DNA from: Octopus sinensis
Lineage: Eukaryota
DNA: 64,000 nucleotides
NCBI RefSeq assembly: GCF_006345805.1
Contig: NW_021836144.1
Location: 113,822-177,821 of the forward strand
Direction: 5' to 3'
Of the stretch, positions 54,190-64,000 are shown in pieces; position 1 is the first letter of the stretch, and every line of letters begins with the position of its first letter. A program made the position numbers and the translations under genes. Under the pieces are notes generated by a model. The model saw nothing but the letters and a program-made list of their open reading frames with translations. It was not told where the DNA came from and made no database searches.

Positions 54190-55064
54190 CTTTATTAATT
54201 ATTGACTATGTGCAGAAAGCTCAGTTGAGACACACAACTAAGAGCTGATACCACATCTGGATGAGAGTGGCATCTATACACAAGGACAACTTCGACTGTA
54301 TCCAAACTGGTTAGCATAAAGTCACTCAGACATCTTAGACATGTTGTCACCCCTCTCTCTCTCTCTCTCTTTCTTTCTCTGGCTTTTGTACCACTTCTAC
54401 AATGGCCTCTGCTCCTTAGAACAAGTTGGTTTCATGCAGTCTTCACTCAGTACTTTGACTCATTTATCGTCTGTTGAGTTTAGCATCAAAACTGTACTGT
54501 GAGGATGAGTTCGTGAAGCATGCATACTGAAGGTTGCAGAAGTTGTATGCCCTGAGAAGTGACAGACTTTAGCCAACATTAAGCTGATGATAGGATTTCG
54601 GGCCTTTCTGTAGATTTGGACAGGCAACTGAAGCACAAAGTCAAGTCATTTATTACATTTTCAGTTGCAATTGATGAGAGCATGAACATTAGAAATGTTG
54701 TGCAACTGGCCATATTCATTTGTGGAGTAGACAAGATTTTGACCATCACCAAGGAGTTCCTGGAGTTGGTCCCTATGATGAACATCACAATAGCAAACGA
54801 CATTTTCATCTCTCTCATTGCAGAGCTGGACATCTCTCTCATTGTTTGACCTGCTAGAAGTAGTAACTGAATTACCTTTAAATCACACTCTACCATTTAT
54901 AAAGAAATTTGCTAAGACCCCATAATTTACAATAAGAAACAAACCAGTTTGGATACAGTCGAAGTTGTCCTTGTGTATAGGTGCCACATTCATCCAGATG
55001 TGGTATCAGCTCTTAGCTGTGTGTCTCAACTGAGCTTTCTATAGATAGTCAGTAGTTAATAAAG
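54190..55064. repeat. 123-bp inverted repeat pair (54190-54312 and 54942-55064)
   Basis: Manual ungapped alignment shows 9 mismatches in 123 bp. Confidence 0.95.
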
Positions 55065-55740
55065 TTGTCAGAGTGGAGTGAGCCTGTGCTGTTAGTGTGA
55101 CTACAGATGGCGCTTCATCAATGATTGAGAAAAAAAGCAGGTGATGTGATGCAGTTGAGAGAGAGAGAGAGAGAGAGTAAAGTCTGTTAATGGAGGATGT
55201 GATTTTTGGATATTTCACTGCATTTTGCACCAGGTGGCATTGTGTTGCAAGCTGTTCAAAAAGGATCACGTCATGGAAGTGTTTGTCTGAACTGTTAATT
55301 TCATTCGAAGTAGAGGTCTGAATCACTGTCAGTTTGACAGTCCTCTCAGTGATATAGGCATTACCTATGGCTTGCCATATCACACCTTGGTTAAGCCAAA
55401 GTGCCGTGTTGAAGTGTTTAATCTACAAGAAGAAATTGAACAGTTCATAGAGAAAAAGGGTAAACCAATGTTAGAATTTCAATCACCAGAATGGCTGCAA
55501 GATCTAGCATTTACTGTGGATATTACAGAGTACTTGAATAATCTGAACAAAATGCTGGATGGCCATAAAAAAGTTGACACAGTATTTTGAAAGCATGCAC
55601 GTGTTCAAGATGAAGCTAGCTTTGTGGGAGACACAACAGTTAGATGCTGACACTGCTCCTTTTCTTTGTCTAAAAGATGTGGTTGCGACTGCAGATAATG
55701 TTGACATGGATAGGTACAAAGACAATATCACAGGATTTGT
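54480..55740 (+). pseudogene. hAT transposase relic (Charlie/SPIN/GTF2IRD2-like), interrupted at about 54831-55070
   Basis: FSVAIDESMNI (first catalytic D), QLAIFICGVD, VSVTTDGASSM (second D), FHCILHQ, WLQDLAFTVDITEYLNNLN and FKMKLALWETQ. Stops and frameshifts; no TIRs found. Confidence 0.88.
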
Positions 55741-56756
55741 GTCTGGGACACAAACTACATAAAATAATGTATGGAATGGTCACAGTTGGAGTACGATTGA
55801 TCATAACTCTACACAATCAGTTGACCAGTAGGTAAATAAAACAAAGACTAACTATATAAATATTCATGTGCAATACAATATTTATATTATTCTTGGCATA
55901 AAATATTTAACTCTTCGACATAAACTATTTTAGTTTTAGGTAGCAATTAAAGGTATTGAGTATGAAGCTCAATTGTTATTTGACAACATCCCTTTTAAAA
56001 TGTTAACTGAATGTGATGGCTATATATATCTTCCTTGGTGGAATTAAAAGTGAAAAGTCAGTAAGATATTTCATACATTTGTCATAAGAGCAGTCAATAC
56101 AATGAAGATATTTTTTCCATCCATCACTTTTTATTAAGTAACAGGTTTGTTCTTACTCTGAAACCAATGAAAATCCTCCTGTTTATGATATCAAGAAAGT
56201 TAGCTTTCTCAGAATCATAAATAGGATTATTTCCATTGGTTTTAAGAGTAAGAACTATTCTGTTATTGAACCCAAAGTATGTACATTATCGCTGACTACA
56301 CTCATACTATATTATACTTTACTTGGTTCAAACTTCATCAATATAACAACAACAAAATCAAAGGCGGTTAATGAGAAACTGTACATGTAAACCACTCTAA
56401 TTAAATTCTATCACAGATATCATAATTAAAACAAGATAAATTCCAACCAAATATGATTATACTTACAAGTAATTACTAGTATAATTAATTCAATCATATC
56501 TGAACAACCAACATGTATGCATCTTCTAAAGTGTTACATAGACGAAATTACAGAGAAGTGCTAATGCAGTAATTTTACAAATTATGATGTAATAGTGTAA
56601 GATATTTAAAAGAAAATGTAATGAATTCCAAAGATAAGTGATGCTACTTATGAAGTAGTTGTTTGACCTGCTAGAATTAGTAACTGAATTACCTTTAAAT
56701 CACACTCTACCATTTATAAAGAAATTTGCTAAGACCCCATAATTTACAATAAGAAA
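54842..56756 (+). repeat. 98-bp direct repeat pair (54842-54939 and 56659-56756)
   Basis: 97 of 98 bases identical by manual alignment. Confidence 0.95.
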
Positions 56757-57989
56757 AAAGCCAGAATTGAAAAGTGTTCAGAACTATGTGACATAAAAAT
56801 ATGTCCTTTCATCCATTCTTATCTAACAACTTACATCTACACAAACATTTCTCAATCTACAAAAGATAACCACAGACGCTTACACAGATAACATCACAGT
56901 CTTTGATCCCACCTTTCATCTGATACAGCTTCACAACTACTTCCATCTTAGTACCAACAATACCACAAAAGAAAGTCAAATAAAAAGAGCTATCATACAA
57001 AGCAACAAAACAAAAATGCACAACAAATCCAAGAGAAAAATAAAACGAATTACATTCGCACAAATTACATTCTGTAACATTTACAACATCAAAGACATAT
57101 GAACATAAGCAAAATTATACTTAACCACATGTAGTACATTCATAGTTAGCCAACACACAAACACCAATAGGTATGGATACTATCTATTGCACATGAGCAC
57201 TCAAGCTCTACAAACAAACAAAGAAAACAAAAGAGTGTTCACTGCATCATCACATGCAGCCCACAGACTACATATGCAAGGCAATAAATATTGAAATTAC
57301 CACTTGGATATGGTAGATATAGTTTATTACCATGGCAAAGCCCAACCCTCACAGTCCATCTCATTTTATGTACAATCACACCAACATCCATACACATGTA
57401 CTTTACTCTCCAGAATACTACTTCATCATCTTTAAAAACAATATACACTCATACAAATAAATACAAAATTAATCACACGTATGCAGAAAAATAGCAGAAG
57501 AATCAACATCATTACTCCTCAAACTTTAAACTGGAATGTAAATTAGCAATAACGAATGCAGAGGAACACCACTTGTACTGAGTATGATCATGCCTGTCAT
57601 TGTTCTGGTAACTACGAAAAAACAAACCAGACAGTTTTGGGGGAAATCACATCTGGTCTGCTACACAGCACATCATACAATAAACCAATGCAATGTATGG
57701 TCATCAACTAGGAGGGACAGCATATTTAGAACAATGGATTTGTTGATTGCAACTTGTCATTTAACTTAAAATCTTCTCTAGTAGGATCTCAATGATGGCT
57801 GCCTCGGGCTAAACATCAACAATACCATTATCAAATGTATTGAAAAAACTAATCAAGTCAATGATCTTTTTTTTTACAAAGGATTGAAGCATTATACTTA
57901 AAAGGGAGTAATGATAATTTATATCTTCTTTAGAAGTATTAAAAACAGACTTTAGGCATTTGCATTTGAAAACTAAAACTGGGTGACAA

Positions 57990-58360
57990 GTTTATTTTAC
58001 AGAAAATGCTACCGTAGACAGACAGATACGTAAAAGAACGCCGACGTGATGGGAAGGTAAGAAACAGAGTGAGTGAAAAAGAGAGCAAATAGCGAGAGTG
58101 ACAGATACTTTAAATAACGGTAGTGGAACTGTCAAAGTTATAGATGAAGAGGAGTGAGAGGGTACTGGAGGAAATAGCGTGAGTGAGGAAGATCACCCCT
58201 AGCAACCACACCTTTTAAGATAGGGATTTCTAAGGTAACCCACAAGCTTCGTTACCTCATTCTACATGTCCCTGTAAATTTTGGAGCGAATCGGACGGGA
58301 TGTAGTGGCATTGAAAGTGATCCAAGCGGTAAAAACGCATTTCAGTTTTATATATAGAGA
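57990..58360. repeat. CpG-retaining dispersed repeat, possibly a non-autonomous Helitron/Helentron-type element
   Basis: Ends aaattttggagcgaatcggacgg...cagttttatatatagaga beside a TA tract. The classification is from recall only. Confidence 0.3.
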
Positions 58361-58375
58361 ATATATATATATATA

Positions 58376-59647
58376 TTGGGTCATCCCATAAATAATGCAT
58401 TTTTTTTTCAATTGCATGAACTAAAAGTTAGAGTAGGATGGGATAAACTACCTGAATCAACTTGCTATAAAGGTAAGTAGTAACTTTATCTTGTCCTTAT
58501 TCTCAGTGCAAGTTTTGAAGAGTGCAGTTCGATTTTAGCAGTAATTGCTTCAAAGTGGAAGTGACAAAAGTGCATTTTCAGCAGATTCTGCTTTAAGAGT
58601 TCAATAAAGGCAACAACACAATGGAAAGTGGGGGGAATATTAATGCAGTGTATGGGGATCGGACAATAAGTGTAAGCGAGTGTCAACGGTGGTTTCAGAA
58701 ATTCCAAGCTGGAAACTACAGCCTAGAAGACGAACCTTGTCCTGGAAAGTCTGCAGAATTTGACAAGGACATCCTGCAAGCCCTGGTGGAATAAATTCCC
58801 ATTGTAACAGTTGAGGAACTAGCAGAGTAGCTCGGATTTGGTCATTTAACCATTCATCGATACCTGGCATGCCATCGAAAATGCCAGCAAATTGAGTCAG
58901 TGGGTTCCTCGCAAACTTTCCGAGTCTAATCACATGCAGGGAGTGAAGGTGTGTTCTTCTTTGCTGTCACGTCTCATGAATGAACCTTTTTTGGACTGAA
59001 TAATGACTGGTGAAGCAAAATGGGTTCTCTATAAGCACCAAAGACAGTGGGTAGAGAAAGGAGAAATACTGGCGCCCCAGGCTAAAGAAGGTCTTCACCG
59101 ATGTAAGGTGTTGTTATTTGTTTGGTGGGATATGAAAGGTTTACTCCACTTTGAACTCTTAAACCCACAACAAACGCTAACAAAGAAGATCTACTGTGAA
59201 CAGCTTCAGTGGCTTAAGTCAGCTAGAAGATAAACAACCATCTTTGGTTTCAAGGTGGAAGGTGATGTTCTATCAGCATAATGCTCAGCCATATACTGTG
59301 AGGATGACATTTGAAAGGCTGAAGCAATTTGACTGGGAAATGATGTTCCACCCACCATATGCGCCGGACATTGCCCCATCTGATTATCATTTATTCTGCA
59401 GTCTTCAAAATCATTTGGACAGAAAAAATGGGAATTCTTTAGATGAGGTTGGAACAGTACTGGGGGAATATTTTTATCACAGACTAGTGAATTTTGGAAT
59501 TGGAGCCTTGAAAGTCTACCAGAGAGATGGGAGAGCATTGTAGAAAATGAAGGAGAGTATATTTTAGATTAAAAAAGAACTTTGTTTATCTTAATTTTGG
59601 AAAGTAAAAAATGTATAAAGAAACGCATTATTTATGGGATGACACAA
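58376..59647 (+). mobile_element. Full-length (1272 bp) decayed mariner transposon
   Basis: 23-bp TIRs ttgggtcatcccataaataatgc and gcattatttatgggatgacacaa (1 mismatch), with TA on both flanks. Confidence 0.95.
58555..59572 (+). pseudogene. Mariner DD34D transposase pseudogene
   Basis: HTH region (CQRWFQKFQAG), WVPRKL, IMTGEAKW, VWWDMKG, YQHNAQP, HPPYAPDIAPSDYHLF. The start codon is mutated to GTG, there are at least 4 stops plus frameshifts, and the first two catalytic Asp appear lost. Confidence 0.92.
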
Positions 59648-60988
59648 TATATTAGCGATTTTTGTTCTTTCTTTTCCACATAGTTCTAAACAGATTTTTC
59701 ACATCACCAATTCAAAAAAATCTAGTGCATGTATATGAAATGTTGAATGTACAATAAACTACTCTTGTCTGAACCACCCTTGAGGAAAAAAAAAGCTTTG
59801 CTAAAAGTTTCATGCTGGTTGTAATATTTTAATGGTTCAAGTAATGTAAAACAATATTATAACAGCCAAAGAATGGCATCAAAAGATAAAACAGACATTT
59901 CAGTAAGATTTCAAATGAAGAATAAATATTTCTAAAGCAAAGAAATAAGTATGTACAATAAATGAATCTATGTAAAAAACAAAAACTTGTAAAGATGTTA
60001 ACAAAGATGTGTCAGATAATAACTTTTGTTTTAGAAACATAATAGAAGCAGCCAAGAAAAAAAATCAATGAATAGTTTGGAGGACAAAGTAGAAGTGCGA
60101 AATAACTCATCATTATTATCTTTCAAATGGTTAATGTTTTTATGCACGTTTATCTATAGGTCACCCAGGTCTGATAAATGATGTCTTTCTAGTTTGTATT
60201 GACCACAATCATTTTTAGTGTTAGTATCACCAATTTCATATTAAAGTAAATACATCTTTAAAATATAACATCTAATTTTAAACACTTTTACCATCAACAT
60301 TTCTTGACATACCTTTCTTTCTTATGTTCAAAATAATCTGAATTCACTGGGTTGCTTTATTTCTATTAAAATATTGTCACTATTTCTTGAAAAAATGTTC
60401 CTTCTTATTCTTATTTCAATGCCCAAAATGTAAATGAAAACTTCTTACATGCCAATATTCATTAATGGAAGATAGGGTATGAGTCATGTAGTGTGAAGAA
60501 GAAAATAAACATTATTTTTGGCCTATAATGTGCATTTCAATATCTTGTTAAATCAGATAAGTAGCAAAAGCTCACAATAATACAAAGTTAAAAGAACAAA
60601 CTAAGTTTTCACAAAGTACAATAGGGTTCCCAGATGTACTGAAAGTGAGGAAACTCAAAGTGCATCAAAGCATTGATAAAATTAGGAACATAACCCAATC
60701 ACTAAGTATCATGAACATTTGTAATAATTGATTTAAGGTAATAGATTTCTCTTATCTAGATGACCTTAAAATTGCTGAAGATAGAGCTGAAGATAGCATG
60801 ATATCTAAAAAGTATAGCAACTGGAAGAACTTCTATATGACTACTAATATTGAAATGCATGGTACATATGAAAGAATATGGTATTGTTGCTGATGAAACC
60901 AGTTTGTTGACATCTGAAAACTGCATAAATGACATGAAAGACAGGCGACTGGGTCACTGTAGAAATGATGTTATAATAACTGATAGAA

Positions 60989-61205
60989 TCATCATCATCA
61001 TCATTGTTCGACTGTGGTTGAGACAATGGAATTTACTATGTTACGCCAGACTTCACAGTCCATCATAGCATTACAGAGGTCCTGTTGCTGGATGCCTGTA
61101 TCCCTGGAGATTACATCAGGGTAGGAGACTGTGCGCCCTCTGGTATCGCAAGCAGATGGCTTCCAGAGGAGAAGAGTAGAAATTACCTCGTTAGAATAAC
61201 AGGTG
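60989..61205 (-). mobile_element. Short 5'-truncated LINE 3' end with (GAT)n tail
   Basis: The minus-strand frame SNEVISTLLLWKPS...RGRTVSYPDVISRDTG...WRNIVNSIVSTTVEQ* runs directly into (GAT)n. Confidence 0.65.
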
Positions 61206-63439
61206 CAATATTTTCAGTTTGTCTTTTTACAAACATCTAAAAATGAGAGCTAATTTATTTTGAAACACTCTAATCTTATCAGGTTTACATTTTGAGGTTT
61301 ATTAGTTAAACAGACACCTAGTTGATATTTGGTGATGGAGTGCTTTGAAAGGTTTGCTATATTTGATAATATATTCTAACTTAAACAGTATGTTTACATT
61401 TGTACATGTAAAATGGAAGCCAAGACCAGTAAAATCAAATCATAGACAGCTCTTCAAACACAACAAACATATCTGCACAAGCATGCACACATACATACTA
61501 TGTGTACACAAATACAATGCACAGGAAGATAACTGAAACATTTGAAACGTATCTCCATTATATAATAAAATATATTGGTTTACATGGTTCACTTAGAAAT
61601 TACACAGTTACTGGTCAAAATTACAGTAATTATGGCATATAAAATAGTTTAGTATAATGAGGTGTATAATGATTGTTGAGTTTTTATATGAAGTTATTTT
61701 TGCCGGTTAGGAACAATCAGTTCTGCTTGAACAAATCAATGAAACAATATATGTTAAATGATCTAAAGATCCATCGCTCCAGATATGCATGGTAGAGTTT
61801 GATATTAGATCAGATTAAATGTTTCATCATATCATCTATCAGATTTAAATCACTGGTATGATAACAGAACAATATTCAAGAAATATGCTTCTATGTCAGT
61901 TAACCACCACACATATACACAAGCAATGAAGGTATATGCATAAAAAAGTTTACTATTTTTCATTTTTCTCTACAGAGAAATTTTGAAAGTTTTTCAATTT
62001 CTAAGTTACTGCTTGATATCAATTATCACAAAAATTTTGAAACTAAAAATTAAGAAAAATTCAGATAGCAAGAGTATTTTTCAAATCATTTGGAATAAGA
62101 CGTAGACACATATATAACTGATTTAAATCGTAAAACCTAGAAACAATGAATGCCAAGCAGCTTGATATTTACTAATGTTTTGTGAAGGCAAAACCAATTA
62201 CAGAATGTGGAAATGTGGTAAAGAGATGATCCTTTATTTTATCTGATAACAAACATTAGAGTAATTATCTCAGGAATCAACAAAAAAAAAAAGAGAGATA
62301 ATAATACTGATATTAAACTTTTTATTTTTCTTTTGCTTTGAAAAGATTCACAGATAGTAAATGATAATGGCAGCTTCAAAATTGACACCTGCAATTGAAA
62401 TCTAAAAGCAATATAACAAGGTATAACTGATGTTGATAATTTTGTAATATCCTACACTGCACACTGACGGGTCATCTCATAAAACTGCACTAGATGATAT
62501 CGGGGAGATAAAAAGAAAAAAACGAATTATTTTTATGAACACCACATTGAAAAAGAATTGGATAAAACTATCCACTCTGACCCAGTAAAGATGGATTATA
62601 GAGAGAAAAATATAAAGAACAATACTTTCCTTTATATAGCCATTGGTGTAAGTATATAGAGAAGTCAATGTATTACAGAGGGTGTTACAAAAACAAGGAG
62701 AGAAGGGGTAGATAAAGGGACATTAAATAATATATATACAGGTATATTAATATTTTTTTATTACATACACACACACATGCATGCAGATTCACAGACATAA
62801 CTGATATAGTACATAGTAAAATGAAATAGAATTTAAATAATAATAATTCTGTCACTCTAAGCAAAAAAAAAACCTCAAATAGATCTTAAGCCACACATAA
62901 AACAGCTAGGATTTCTGTTATGTAACACTAATCTTACAGCTATTACTTTCCCACGTACACGCAAAGTGGAGTACAGCTTCAGGATATACATTCTTTAGAG
63001 GTCATCAGGATCTGAATATCTGGCAAGCTCCATCTGAACATATGTTATTCAGTATCACTTTTGTGTTTACTACCTGCCAGTATAGTGCAACAAAGGTGAT
63101 ATTTGTTAAGGGTACTGTTATAAGCAGTGAACTTGGCACAAGGACCAAACTGCTACCAAAGAAGCTGAAGGATATTGGAATTGAGATTCACATTGTCAAA
63201 CTGCTGAAACGTACAATCCTGTATTCCACAAGAACCCTAACAAAAGTTCCTTTAAATTTGTGTATATTTGTTGTCGCCAAACCTTAAGACAATGTGCTTG
63301 GTAACTGATATAGCAAGTGATAATAATGATAATCATTTCTACTACAGGTGTAAATATTGGGGGGAGTGGATGATGGATTTTATCGAAAAACTGAGCTGGT
63401 ATAGAAATTAGCAAAATGCGGAACCTGCAGACTAAAACA

Positions 63440-64000
63440 ATACTTGTGGGTGGAATAGTTTGACAGGAGCCAGGCAGAAGCTTGCACCAGACTTCTGTGT
63501 CTATTTTGGCAGGATTTTTACAATTGGTTACCCTTCCTAACATCAACCACCCAGCAGAGTGGACTGAATGCTTTTTATGTGGTACAAGCACAGGCGAGGT
63601 CAGTTTTGGCAAGATTTTTACAACTGGATGTCCTTTACAGTGTGAATTGGATGCTTTTTAAGTGGCACCTGCACTGACAGGGTCACCAACTAACTTTCAA
63701 GACAAAAATCTTTTGAGCAGGGAGGGGGCATTAAAGTACGTGATCTTGTGTCAGCTGATGAAAGGCTATAGTGAGAAAGAAAGAAGTATCTTGAGAGAAA
63801 GAGAGAGAGAGAGAGAGAGATCAGGAATGAGGACAGAAACATGTACTTCCATAAAGGAGATACATAGTTACCCAACCTCGAGGAAGTGCAGGAGAAGGAG
63901 AGAGAGAGCGGGAGACAGCAGGATAGAGATGGTAGCAAAGTGCTGGGCATACTCACAAGGGACAAGGATCGGAATATAAACAGAATGGCTGAGTACAGGA
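63440..64000 (-). repeat. RTE-tail-related composite dispersed repeat running off the window
   Basis: ggttacccttcctaacatcaaccac...tgctttttatgtgg and ggatgcttttta are shared with 35066 and 38927. The body is related to 39170-39350. Confidence 0.55.

Noticed and set aside
54190-55064. The 123-bp inverted pair as TIRs of a novel transposon
   Set aside because: No TSD is evident, and the hAT reading frame continues across the right arm, so that arm is an insertion rather than a terminus.
658-63979. Most ORFs in the supplied six-frame track
   Set aside because: They are translations of (TA)n/(CA)n/(GA)n tracts, antisense to TE relics, or of the length expected by chance. None is a credible intronless host gene.

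Overview
AT-rich eukaryotic DNA, dense in microsatellites and transposable-element relics. The SINE and LINE families resemble those I recall from Octopus genomes; this is recall, not a database check. No prokaryotic-type features (operons, CRISPR arrays, rRNA or true tRNA genes) are present, and almost every ORF in the supplied track is microsatellite noise, antisense to a TE, or a TE fragment. Well supported: a full-length decayed mariner with TIRs and TA TSD (58376-59647); an internally deleted mariner (8678-9222); a hAT transposase relic (about 54480-55740); RTE LINE fragments (endonuclease 28700-29810, RT and 3' end 35066-36377); R4/Dong-type LINE fragments with CCHC and restriction-like endonuclease motifs (45150-48165, 19590-21560); a CR1/L2-like 3' end; several tRNA-derived SINE families; and a TTAA MITE. 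Host genes cannot be identified. I list a few candidate exons at low confidence, plus a CpG-rich promoter-like island at 41.66-42.0 kb. I cannot demonstrate a new biological system. The best leads are: (1) a composite templated insertion inside the hAT relic; (2) a 217-bp GC-rich structured element in a (TAA)n tract whose hammerhead core would be restored by inverting 4 nt; (3) a 79-nt near-perfect fold-back hairpin inside a nested SINE; and (4) a possible micro-exon chain (10, 11 and 23 nt).
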